Positions 40,394 through 49,760 of a stretch of 64,000 nucleotides of DNA are shown here, piece by piece. Origin of the DNA: Candidatus Bathyarchaeia archaeon (GTDB taxonomy: Archaea > Thermoproteota > Bathyarchaeia > Bathyarchaeales > Bathycorpusculaceae). Every line of letters begins with the position of its first letter. Position 1 is the stretch's first letter. The notes under the pieces are model-generated. The model worked only from the letters and a program-made list of their open reading frames with translations. It did no database searches and was not told the origin of the DNA. The stretch is from NCBI GenBank assembly GCA_050015395.1, contig JBEKBM010000014.1, positions 1-64,000 of the forward strand, given 5' to 3'. The position numbers and the translations under genes are program-made.

Positions 40394-41025
40394 CCCATCA
40401 CCTCGTCGGCAATCTCCCTGACTGTATTTGGATAGTTAACGGCGTATTTTCGGATTTTTTCGCCTGATAAATCCCGGGCCCACTCGGAAACATCGAGGAT
40501 AATCTTTTCCTTGGGAACTCCGTTGTATCTCCACGTGTAAATGAAGTCTAGGATCGTCTTTTCAGCATCCGAATATCTCAGTTCATTTGCGGTTATTCCG
40601 AAGTTTAGGAGCTTGGGTGCAAGTTTGATGAATCTGAATTTGTAGCCAGCTATGGTCATTGGTTTTGGGCGGAACAGCCGATCGTTAATCACGTAGTCAA
40701 CTGCAAAGTGCTCATGTGTTACGTTGTTCAGTTTCAGTGCTGTGTACAATCCGAAGTACCAGTTCTTGACGCCTTTGAGTTCGAGGCCTTTGGCGACGAG
40801 TTCCAGATGGCTGTATCGGGATTTGCCAAGCTTGATTTCGTCTAGGGGTTTGACGTAGAAGATTCCTTTGAAGATTCGCGTGAGGTAACCACGGTATACG
40901 AAATATTTGATCGCTTTTTCGTAGTTTAGATCCATCGCTGTGCAGTACTGCTTTAGCTCAATTGAAGTCACAAACTCTTTTTCGTCTATGCGGAGCTTCT
41001 TGAGTAAAAGACTCGTCTTCCCCAT
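40390..41025 (-). CDS. AbiEi-like antitoxin (type IV TA)
   Basis: RIFKGIFY wHTH, YFGLYTAL, YSDAEKTILD; overlaps the toxin start. Confidence 0.88.
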   Translation of the reverse strand: MGKTSLLLKKLRIDEKEFVTSIELKQYCTAMDLNYEKAIKYFVYRGYLTRIFKGIFYVKPLDEIKLGKSRYSHLELVAKGLELKGVKNWYFGLYTALKLNNVTHEHFAVDYVINDRLFRPKPMTIAGYKFRFIKLAPKLLNFGITANELRYSDAEKTILDFIYTWRYNGVPKEKIILDVSEWARDLSGEKIRKYAVNYPNTVREIADEVMG

Positions 41026-41261
41026 TCATATCACAACATCACATATTATACGATATTATTATATGAATAACAAAGTCACTATTTAAAACTATGCGCAATC
41101 CGCAGGGCACAACAAAGAACCCAAAGACCATCTATGCACAAAATTTCAAAATTTTCACTCGCACCCTCTCAGAAAAAAAGAAACACGTTTCCCTAACCCA
41201 TCAAAACAATGATTGAAACCTGTTAACCAAACCTTTTGCTTGGAAGTTCACCATCACAGGG

Positions 41262-41543
41262 TTACGCTGGTTCAAGCATTACCTCTAACGCGTAGCCGGA
41301 TAGGCGCGTCTTTTTTTCATCTTCAAAGAGGCTTAGCACCAACTTTGGAACATATATACGTCCATCCTTACGCATCTTTGCATAAAAAAATTGCCAGCCC
41401 TTATGCATCCCCAAAAAATTTACACCCACCTTCAACACTTGACCACTTTCCATTTTGAACCGCCACCGAATCACCTTTGGAACTTGCACTTTATTGAAAC
41501 TCTGAAGCATCGTAGTAAAGGTAACTTTCTCAGTTAACGGCAT
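41262..41543 (-). CDS. Tandem AbrB/SpoVT-domain DNA-binding protein ('MPLT' paralog B)
   Basis: MPLTE start; LQSFNKVQVP and MRKDGRIYVP hairpin motifs; RWRFKME shared with paralog A (RWRYKME). Confidence 0.8.
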   Translation of the reverse strand: MPLTEKVTFTTMLQSFNKVQVPKVIRWRFKMESGQVLKVGVNFLGMHKGWQFFYAKMRKDGRIYVPKLVLSLFEDEKKTRLSGYALEVMLEPA

Positions 41544-41580
41544 ACAGATTCTTGCTTTTAACACTTATACTTAAGCGTTT

Positions 41581-41719
41581 AGAGTCGGGAAGAGTCGCGA
41601 GCAGTCGCAGAAAGTCGCAGGGAGTCGCAGAAGGTCGCGTATAGTCGCTAAAAGTCGCAGCCTGCAAACACTTCAAACCCTGAATCAAAACAGCAACCCA
41701 AAACAACCTGAACAAAATT
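41581..41719 (-). repeat. Element B: conserved leader plus 8 x 10-bp phased GCGACT array
   Basis: (a/g)gtcg cores at 41583, 593, 603, 613, 623, 633, 643 and 653. Leader attttgttcaggttgttttgggttgct...gtttgcagg on the minus strand. Confidence 0.92.
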
Positions 41720-41759
41720 CAGGGATAAGAGAAAAATTAACTCAGAAGCATCCTAAGGT

Positions 41760-44700
41760 TTACCAAAGTTTCCAGGGCAAGTCATCCATGTACTCGTTTA
41801 ATGAGCGGATTGAGTTGCCGTTTTGATCTTTCTGCTTTAACACTTCCACTAGCGCAGCGGCTAACTGCAAGTTCGTTATGACTGGCACGTTGAATTCTAC
41901 TGCTTGGCGTCGGATGATGTAGCCGTCGGTTAAAATTTCTGAGATACTATTCTGCCTATTAGCTATGGGCACGTTAATTACTAAGTCGATTTTGCGCTCC
42001 TGCAAGTAATCCAGAATGTTAGGGTTAGCTTGAGCTTCCTTAACCTTATGGAGCACAGTAGCATTAACGCCCGCTTCATTGAGCACCTTAGCGGTGTGTG
42101 CAGTTGCGTAGATTTTGAAGCCCATTTCAGCAAAAGCCTTTGCTATTGGCACAACTCGCTTTTTACGTTCTTCATTGCCACCAACACTTATGAATACTGT
42201 ACCGTTTTTTGGTGGAATGTTGAATTCTGCAGACTGCAATGCCTTGGAGAAAGCGTCTGAGAAGTTTTCTCCTAAACATGCTACCTCTCCAGTGCTGAGC
42301 ATTTCAACTCCGAGAACTGGGTCAGCACCGCTTAAGCGCATAAAGCTGAACTGCGGAACCTTAACACCAACGTGAGGTGCAACAGTCATCGGTGACAGCT
42401 TAACGCCATCAATTTTTTTGCCTAGCATCGCCAAAGTAGCTAGCTCAATGAGGTTTATTCCGCGTGTTTTGCTGACAAACGGCATTGAACGTGATGCTCG
42501 CAGATTGCATTCAATGACATTAACTACGTCATCTTTAACAAGGTATTGGATATTGTAAGGTCCGTGAATTTTGAGAGCCTTAACTATTCTTTGTGTGCAA
42601 TCCTCAATCTTCTTCTGAACCTCAACCTTTAATGCTTGAGGCGGGATGGTCATGGTTGCGTCGCCGCTGTGGACGCCAGCGTTTTCAACATGCTCCATTA
42701 TAGCGCCAATTAGCACGGTTTCGCCGTCAGAAACGCCGTCTACCTCAACTTCTTTGGCACGATTTATGAATTTGCTGATAACTACCGGGTGATCAGGTGA
42801 AACTTTCGCAGCTAAGTTAAGGAAATTCTCAAGTGATGTCTCGTTGTAAGCTACACGCATCGCTGAACCGGATAGCACGTAGCTTGGGCGTACAATAACT
42901 GGGTAACCGATTTTTTCTGCAAACCGTTTTGCATCGGCGATTGATAGGAGCTTGCTCCAGCTAGGCTGAGAAATTCCCAACTGGTCTAAAAGTGCGCTAA
43001 ACTTTGAGCGGTCTTCAGCCAAATCAACGTTTTCAGCGGAAGTACCGAGCAGTTTGACTCCCGCGTTAGAGAGTTTCATGGCTAAATTGTTTGGAATTTG
43101 ACCGCCGACGCTTGTGATGACGCCTAAGGGATTCTCTTTCTCGTAAATATCTAGAATTCGTTCAATTGTGAGTTCTTCAAAGTACAGTTTGTCAGAAACA
43201 TCGTAGTCAGTGGAGACTGTTTCAGGGTTGTAGTTAACCATTATTGCTTCTTGAATACCGTTTTTCTTGAGCGCCCAAATTGTGTTAACGCCACACCAGT
43301 CAAACTCCACGCTTGAGCCTATTCTGAAGACACCTGCGCCTAACACGATAACTTTGCTTGTGTTACTTGTTAATTCAATGTCATCTTCATCTCCACCGTA
43401 AGTCAGGTAGAGATAGTTTGTTTTCGCCGGCCATTCAGCTGCCAACGTATCAATCTGCTTAACTACTGGCAGAATGTTTGCACTTTTTCTAAACGTTCTA
43501 ATCGTAGATTCATTAGTGCATTGGCACTTGGCGATTTGCTCATCAGAGAATCCTAAGCGTTTGGCTTCACGAATCACTTCCGCTGCGTAGCCCTCTGCAA
43601 GGTTTAGCTGTCGCAGATCTGTCTCCATGTTAATAATATTTTGAATCTTATGCAGGAAAAATGGGTCGACACCGCTTAAGCGGTAGATTTCCGCGATGGG
43701 TATGCCCATTTTTAAGGCTTTAACAATCGTGTAGAGCCTCTCGTCGGTTGGGTTCGCAAGCACATCACGTATTCTCTCTTCAGGCTCAGGCTCTGAATCT
43801 TCAGGGTTGCAAACTAAACCTATCTTGCCAGTGTCCAACATGCGCACAGCTTTCTGCAATGCCTCTTCAAAGCAGCGGCCAATAGCCATCACTTCCCCAA
43901 CTGAACGCATCTGCGGACCGATGTGGCGGTCGGCGTTTTTGAATTTCTGTAAGTCCCAGCGTGGAATTTTCACGGTTATGTAGTCTAAGGCTGGTTCAAA
44001 ACATGCTGTGGTGACTTCTGTTACTTTGTTTATGAGTTCTGGAAGCAAATAGCCCAAGGTTAGTTTTGTTGCTATGTAAGCCAAGGGGTAACCAGTTACT
44101 TTGCTTGCGAGAGCCGAACTTCTGGACATGCGTGAATTAACTTCGATTACACGATACTCTTCTGATTTCGCATTCAATGCCCATTGGATGTTGCATTCGC
44201 CAACAATGCCTAAGCTGCGTATAGCGTTTATTGAAGTTGACCGAATAAGGTGGTACTCACGATTTGATAGGGTTTGCGAGGGAGCTACGACTATTGAGTC
44301 TCCAGTGTGGATACCCATGGGGTCGAAGTTTTCCATGTTGCAGACGGTTAAGCAGTTGTCTGCGTAGTCGCGCATGACTTCATATTCGACTTCTTTCCAG
44401 TGCCCAACGTACTCTTCAATGAGGATTTGGCTTATTCGGCTTTGAGCTAAACCACGAGTTGCTATCGTCTTTAATTCTTCAGGGTTGTGAGCTACGCCTG
44501 CACCTTTGCCGCCAAGAGTATACGCAACCCTAATCATGACTGGATAACCAATCTCATCAGCAACATCCAAAGCTTGCTTGACACTTGTTGCTGACTTGCT
44601 TTTTAATGGAGGCACGCCTGCTTTGAGCATTGCTTGACGGAAACGTTCACGGTCGCCCGTATCCTCTATCGCCTGAACAGGCGTACCTAAAACCTTAACA

Positions 44701-45035
44701 TTGTACTTTTGCAGGATGCCTTTTTTCTCAAGTTCCAAACCGCAGTTTAATGCGGTTTGTCCACCGAAGCCCAAGAGGATGCCGTCGGGGCGTTCTTTTT
44801 CAATAACTTTCTCGACATATTCAGGTGTGACTGGAAGAAGATACACTTTTCCTGACAACCGCGGGTCAGTCTGAATAGTGGCAATGTTAGGATTAACCAG
44901 GACGGTTTCTATGCCCTCTTCCCTCAGAGCTTTAAGGCATTGGCTTCCCGAGTAGTCAAATTCGGCTGCTTCACCGATTTTTATGGCGCCGCTGCCAAGA
45001 ACTAGCACTTTCTTTATCCAGTCAAACTTTGGCAT
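41760..45035 (-). CDS. carB: Carbamoyl-phosphate synthase large subunit
   Basis: EFDYSGSQ, duplicated ATP-grasp domains, HTGDS/HSGDA, MGS domain. Confidence 0.98.
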   Translation of the reverse strand: MPKFDWIKKVLVLGSGAIKIGEAAEFDYSGSQCLKALREEGIETVLVNPNIATIQTDPRLSGKVYLLPVTPEYVEKVIEKERPDGILLGFGGQTALNCGLELEKKGILQKYNVKVLGTPVQAIEDTGDRERFRQAMLKAGVPPLKSKSATSVKQALDVADEIGYPVMIRVAYTLGGKGAGVAHNPEELKTIATRGLAQSRISQILIEEYVGHWKEVEYEVMRDYADNCLTVCNMENFDPMGIHTGDSIVVAPSQTLSNREYHLIRSTSINAIRSLGIVGECNIQWALNAKSEEYRVIEVNSRMSRSSALASKVTGYPLAYIATKLTLGYLLPELINKVTEVTTACFEPALDYITVKIPRWDLQKFKNADRHIGPQMRSVGEVMAIGRCFEEALQKAVRMLDTGKIGLVCNPEDSEPEPEERIRDVLANPTDERLYTIVKALKMGIPIAEIYRLSGVDPFFLHKIQNIINMETDLRQLNLAEGYAAEVIREAKRLGFSDEQIAKCQCTNESTIRTFRKSANILPVVKQIDTLAAEWPAKTNYLYLTYGGDEDDIELTSNTSKVIVLGAGVFRIGSSVEFDWCGVNTIWALKKNGIQEAIMVNYNPETVSTDYDVSDKLYFEELTIERILDIYEKENPLGVITSVGGQIPNNLAMKLSNAGVKLLGTSAENVDLAEDRSKFSALLDQLGISQPSWSKLLSIADAKRFAEKIGYPVIVRPSYVLSGSAMRVAYNETSLENFLNLAAKVSPDHPVVISKFINRAKEVEVDGVSDGETVLIGAIMEHVENAGVHSGDATMTIPPQALKVEVQKKIEDCTQRIVKALKIHGPYNIQYLVKDDVVNVIECNLRASRSMPFVSKTRGINLIELATLAMLGKKIDGVKLSPMTVAPHVGVKVPQFSFMRLSGADPVLGVEMLSTGEVACLGENFSDAFSKALQSAEFNIPPKNGTVFISVGGNEERKKRVVPIAKAFAEMGFKIYATAHTAKVLNEAGVNATVLHKVKEAQANPNILDYLQERKIDLVINVPIANRQNSISEILTDGYIIRRQAVEFNVPVITNLQLAAALVEVLKQKDQNGNSIRSLNEYMDDLPWKLW

Positions 45036-45037
45036 GC

Positions 45038-46183
45038 TTATGTAACCTCCAGCATCTTTGCAAACTTATCAAACAGCAATTCGGTGTCGTATGGTCCTGG
45101 CGAGGCTTCTGGGTGCCATTGTACAGCAAAGACTGGCTTGTTTTTGTGTTTGATGCCTTCAGTGGTTTTGTCGTTGGCGTTTATGAACCAAGTTTCCAAC
45201 GGGGTTTTCTTTAGGGATTCTATGTCTACAGCGTAACCGTGATTTTGAGTTGTAATATAGCAACGTTTGCTGTTGAGGTCTAGGGCTGGTTGGTTCTGGG
45301 CTCGGTGACCAAACTTTAACTTATAAGTATCTCCACCCAACGCCAGCGCCAGTATTTGGGCGCCAAGGCAAATGCCCATAAATGGAACCTTATCAACCAC
45401 TTCGCGCACACACTCGATTGTTTTCACGCATTTTTTGGGGTCGCCTGGACCGTTGCTTAAGAAAACACCGTCAGGATTGTAAGCCATGACTTCACTGGCT
45501 GAAGTGTCATAGGGCACGCGTACGACGTTTATGCCTCGTTTAAGCAGGTTGCGGATGATGCTGTATTTGGCTCCGCAGTCAAGTAGGACAACAGTTTTTT
45601 TGCCATCCACGCTGTATCTAATTGGTTTTTTCACTGACACTTCCTTAACCAAATCAGTCAAGTTAGGGTCAGCAATGTCTTTGCCCATCTTTAAGAGAGC
45701 ATCCAAATTAAGTTCTTCATTAGCGTCAAAAACCTGCAAAATCCCCAGCATGACACCGTGAGTTCTAAGCTTCTTTGTTAAGCGTCTGGTGTCAACGCCG
45801 TATATTCCTGGGACGCCTTCGTCTAATAGCCACTTGTCTAGGGTTCTCGTTGACGCCCAATGATACGGTTCATGGCATAACTCGTGAATTACTAAGCCTT
45901 GTACTTGTATGTGGTCTGACTCGAAATAGAGCGGAAGGCCTAGGTTTAATTCGTTTGATGGAACGCCATAGTTGCCTATAAGCGGGTAAGTCAGGGTTAA
46001 AACTTGACCTTTATACGATGGGTCAGTAAGCGCTTCTGGATAACCAACCATCTGGGTTGAGAATACTACTTCGCCTGAGATTTTTCCTGTTGCTCCAAAA
46101 CCGTTACCGATAAATGACGTTCCGTCTTCAAGAAGCAGAATCGCTTTTTTATTTTTGTTGGACGTGCTATGTTGTGGGACCAA
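45038..46183 (-). CDS. carA: Carbamoyl-phosphate synthase small subunit
   Basis: TDPSY.GQ, SNGPGDP, GICLG, QWHPEASPGP. Confidence 0.98.
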   Translation of the reverse strand: MVPQHSTSNKNKKAILLLEDGTSFIGNGFGATGKISGEVVFSTQMVGYPEALTDPSYKGQVLTLTYPLIGNYGVPSNELNLGLPLYFESDHIQVQGLVIHELCHEPYHWASTRTLDKWLLDEGVPGIYGVDTRRLTKKLRTHGVMLGILQVFDANEELNLDALLKMGKDIADPNLTDLVKEVSVKKPIRYSVDGKKTVVLLDCGAKYSIIRNLLKRGINVVRVPYDTSASEVMAYNPDGVFLSNGPGDPKKCVKTIECVREVVDKVPFMGICLGAQILALALGGDTYKLKFGHRAQNQPALDLNSKRCYITTQNHGYAVDIESLKKTPLETWFINANDKTTEGIKHKNKPVFAVQWHPEASPGPYDTELLFDKFAKMLEVT

Positions 46184-46196
46184 AGCCCTATTCTAC

Positions 46197-47708
46197 CTAT
46201 AAGTTTGGATTTTTAAGTCTTACGTTTGATGGAGAGTTTGAAAGAGAGTAAGATTCTACGATGGAGTTGAGGGTGCTTTGTGCGTTTGCAAGGTTCTGTT
46301 TGAGTTTAGCTATGTTGTTTTTGAAACTTACCATGTTCTTTTTTCGTGTTGTGATGGCTCTTTCAACCTCGACGGGTGAAGGACCGCCTTGCACTTTATA
46401 TGTTTCGATTATTTTGCGTGGATTTGTGCATTCAAACATGTCCTGTTTCTTAACCATTAATTTGATTCCAACCGCTTGCTGAGCTACCTTTTGCAGCAGT
46501 TCAGGCGTCGCATCCACCAAAGTTTGCTTTGAATCAATCAGCGATTTGACAAGAGCGCCAACTATCTTGTGCGAGGTTCGGAAAGCAACATTGTATTTGC
46601 GCACAAGCATGTTAGCAAGTTCCGTTGCGCCTACAAAGCCTGCTGCGGCTTTGCTTTCAACGTTTGTTGACACTTTCAAGTTAAGCACAAGCTGTGAGAA
46701 TATGCTCAGTGAGCTGGCTAAGTTGTCTGTTGAAGCCCAAAGTTTCGGCGTTACCTCTTGGAAATCAAGATTATACGTTGTTGGCAGACTTTTCAGGGCA
46801 GCAGCCGAAGCCACGAAATCGCCGAGCGCATAGCTGGCTCTTGCACGGATAACTTCAAGCACTTCTGGATTCTTTTTTTGCGGCATGATGCTGCTGGTTG
46901 ATGTAAAATCGTCTGGCAACTCGACTGTGCCGAACTCTTGCGAGCTCCAAATTATCAGATCCTCAGCTAAGCGGCTTAAATTCACTGCAAGTAACGTTAG
47001 TACCGCTTGGGTTTCGAGTATGAAGTCTCGGCTACCAACTGCATCAATCGAATTTTCTAACACCGCTTTGAAGCCTAAGAGCTCAGCGGTTCTTTTGCGG
47101 TTTATTGGGAAACTTGTTGTCGCTAATGCTCCAGCGCCGAGAGGGCACAGGTTAACCCGTTCATAAGCGCCCTGAAGTCTCTCTAAGTCGCGGTCTAACG
47201 CTTGAACATGTGATAGCAAGTAGTGGGCAAATGTGACGGGTTGTGCAGGTTGCAGGTGAGTGTATTCCAAAATTACCGTGTCGAGGTGTTTGCTGGCTGT
47301 GTATAGGAGGCTTTCTTGCATCTCCAGAACCTTAATCATAAGTTCGATGAGTTCGTTTCGGAGTTGCATGCGGATGGCGGTTGTGACTTGGTCGTTTCTG
47401 CTTTTTCCGATGTGCAGGTTGCCGCCGACTTCAGATCCAGTTTCCTTAAGTACGGCTTCTTCAACTGCCATATGAACGTCTTCAGCGGCAGGGTCAAGCT
47501 TGACGTTGGACAGCTTAGAAAGAGCTTTTAGGATTTTTGCTCCATCTTGCCGCTGTATTATTTTCTGCTCCATCAGCATTACAACGTGGGCTTTGTTGAT
47601 GTCAACTACAGCCATGGCTAAGCGCTCATCATCTTTTCGTGAAGAAGTAAACTTAGCAACATCTTCACGCACAGACGTTAGCCGTCCGCCATGCAGTATC
47701 TTTGACAC
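46197..47708 (-). CDS. argH: Argininosuccinate lyase
   Basis: SRNDQV, YTHLQPAQP, SSIMPQKKNP. Confidence 0.97.
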   Translation of the reverse strand: MSKILHGGRLTSVREDVAKFTSSRKDDERLAMAVVDINKAHVVMLMEQKIIQRQDGAKILKALSKLSNVKLDPAAEDVHMAVEEAVLKETGSEVGGNLHIGKSRNDQVTTAIRMQLRNELIELMIKVLEMQESLLYTASKHLDTVILEYTHLQPAQPVTFAHYLLSHVQALDRDLERLQGAYERVNLCPLGAGALATTSFPINRKRTAELLGFKAVLENSIDAVGSRDFILETQAVLTLLAVNLSRLAEDLIIWSSQEFGTVELPDDFTSTSSIMPQKKNPEVLEVIRARASYALGDFVASAAALKSLPTTYNLDFQEVTPKLWASTDNLASSLSIFSQLVLNLKVSTNVESKAAAGFVGATELANMLVRKYNVAFRTSHKIVGALVKSLIDSKQTLVDATPELLQKVAQQAVGIKLMVKKQDMFECTNPRKIIETYKVQGGPSPVEVERAITTRKKNMVSFKNNIAKLKQNLANAQSTLNSIVESYSLSNSPSNVRLKNPNL

Positions 47709-47739
47709 TTACTCACCCTCCAGCTTACTCACCATTTAC

Positions 47740-49029
47740 TCAGGCTTTCTTGGTTTTCTCAGCCGCTTTTTTGCCCGACTTTTTGAGAGCATTGTACATT
47801 CTTGTTTGGAGTCCCCACAATTCAATGAAGCCTTTAGAGTAGGACTGGTTGAACGTGGTTTTGATGTTGTAATTGGCAAGGTTTTTATCGTAGAGTGACA
47901 TTGGCGAGGAGCGTCCGATAACTTGCATGCCGCCTTTGTAGAGTTTAAGTTTGACTTCCCCCGTGACGTTTTCTTGTGACTTGTTGATGAAAGCGTCAAG
48001 GTCATCTTTTAGTGGGTCAACCCATAAACCAGCGTAAGCTAAGAAAACCCACTCTGCGTCGATTTGCTGTTTGAACAGGACTTGGTGCCGTGTCATCACC
48101 ATTTTTTCAAGGTCTTTGTGAGCTTCCAAAACTACTGTGGCTGCTGGGCACTCATAGACTTCCCTTGATTTTATTCCTACTAAGCGGTCTTCGATGTGGT
48201 CTATGCGTCCAACGCCGTGTTTGCCAGCGATTTTATTCATTGCTTCTATAAGTTCGAGTGGCTTCATGCTTTCATTGTTAACGGCTACTGGCACTCCACC
48301 CTCAAATTTTAAGGTGACCAGTTCTGGCGTGTTTGGCGCTTTTTCAGCTGAAACCGTCCATTCGTAAGCGTCTTCAGGCGGCGCTTGGCTTGCGTCTTCA
48401 AGCAGCCCGCATTCGATTGCTCTTCCCCAGACGCTTGCATCTATGCTGTACTTTTTGGCTGCGTTGGAGACGGGGATACCTTTGGCTTTAGCGTAAGCAA
48501 TTTCTTCTTCACGTGTCATGCCCCACTCGCGTACTGGAGCAATAATTTTTTTGTCTGGCGCTAAGGAGCCAAGTGTCACGTCAAAGCGTACTTGGTCGTT
48601 GCCTCTTCCTGTGCAGCCATGAGCTAGGGCTGTGGCGCCTTCTTTTTCGGCAACTTCAACCATCTTTGACGCGATCAATGGACGCGAAAGGCTTGTGCTT
48701 ATCGGATACTTACCCTCGTACAGAGCGTTAGCTTTTATGGCTGGAAAAATGTAGTCTTTTGCAAATTCGTCTTTGGCATCGATTGAAAAATGTTTGAGAA
48801 CTCCGAGTTTTTTGGCTTTTTCCTCAGCCGCTTTCAGATCTTCTTGTTGACCAACATCTACGGTTACGGTTATTACTTGTGCGTTGTATTTTTCTTGGAG
48901 GTACTTGATTAATACGGATGTGTCTAATCCGCCTGAGTATGCTAACACGATTTTTTCGGTTATTTTTTTGCTCCCCCGTTTTTTGCTGTGAATTATTCCC
49001 CTAACCTTCAATGCTGTATTTTTAAACAT
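47740..49029 (-). CDS. argG: Argininosuccinate synthase (true start possibly ATA at 48963)
   Basis: LAYSGGLDTS, HGCTGRGNDQVRF, GIKSREVYE. Confidence 0.97.
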   Translation of the reverse strand: MFKNTALKVRGIIHSKKRGSKKITEKIVLAYSGGLDTSVLIKYLQEKYNAQVITVTVDVGQQEDLKAAEEKAKKLGVLKHFSIDAKDEFAKDYIFPAIKANALYEGKYPISTSLSRPLIASKMVEVAEKEGATALAHGCTGRGNDQVRFDVTLGSLAPDKKIIAPVREWGMTREEEIAYAKAKGIPVSNAAKKYSIDASVWGRAIECGLLEDASQAPPEDAYEWTVSAEKAPNTPELVTLKFEGGVPVAVNNESMKPLELIEAMNKIAGKHGVGRIDHIEDRLVGIKSREVYECPAATVVLEAHKDLEKMVMTRHQVLFKQQIDAEWVFLAYAGLWVDPLKDDLDAFINKSQENVTGEVKLKLYKGGMQVIGRSSPMSLYDKNLANYNIKTTFNQSYSKGFIELWGLQTRMYNALKKSGKKAAEKTKKA

Positions 49030-49060
49030 TGTGACTTTTTTGTTACTTAATAAAATTTAA

Positions 49061-49669
49061 ATGTGCCATTTGATACAATCAGTAGCCATTATGACAATAG
49101 CTCAAAACGTAAGAAACCACCTGCGAAACAAACCATACCTGCTGGAAGCACTAGAAAAAGGCATAGTAAACCTAAGCGAGTTATCAAGACAAATACAAGA
49201 AGATTTGAAAACCGATGACATAAGCGCCATAAAAGCCGCCTTGCGCCGTTATTCAGAAGAACTGCAAAAGCACAAGCAGAAAAGAGAAGAAAAAGTACTC
49301 CAACTCCTTAAACGAAGCAGCATAGCCGTTTATGACCGAAAATCCGTCATGATAACAGGTAAAGAAATTAACTCGAAAACTGGTATGAAAGTTGATTTAA
49401 TGGATAAATTCGTTTACTTGCTTGACAGGAGCGATTTGCCTGAACGCATAAGCGCCCTCGTTAAACATGACAACTGCACCATGATCGTTGTCCATTCACC
49501 TGAGGAACTGGAGGTAACGCCGGGAGTTGTCGCGTTCCTAGCCACATTGCTGGCAGAACAGAACGTAAACATTATTGAGTTCATTTCCTGCTGGACGGAA
49601 ACAATTATTGTGGTTGAGAAAAAAGACAGCCTAAAAACTTACGAAACTTTGTCTAATATGGTGGGTTAA
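49061..49669 (+). CDS. HTH plus ACT-domain protein, putative amino-acid-responsive regulator
   Basis: GIVNLSELSRQI N-terminus; TPGVVAFL...LAEQNVNIIEFISCWTE ACT motif. Likely start 49091. Confidence 0.8.
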   Translation: MCHLIQSVAIMTIAQNVRNHLRNKPYLLEALEKGIVNLSELSRQIQEDLKTDDISAIKAALRRYSEELQKHKQKREEKVLQLLKRSSIAVYDRKSVMITGKEINSKTGMKVDLMDKFVYLLDRSDLPERISALVKHDNCTMIVVHSPEELEVTPGVVAFLATLLAEQNVNIIEFISCWTETIIVVEKKDSLKTYETLSNMVG

Positions 49670-49760
49670 GAAGCGTCATGGGAACAACAAAATTAATAAT
49701 GTCACAGTTGATACTTCAGCTACAGCTTGCGTTGCCAAGCCATGAAAAGACGCTTACCCA

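Noticed and set aside
41581-41660. 10-bp arrays as CRISPR or simple VNTR
   Set aside because: Far too short for CRISPR. The spacers differ between units while core and phase persist, unlike slippage-derived VNTRs.
41530-41715. ORF 41530..41715 and its twin 57384..57605 as repeat peptides
   Set aside because: They are translations of the non-coding leader/array. A 10-bp period is not codon-compatible and the A and D copies do not preserve the frame.
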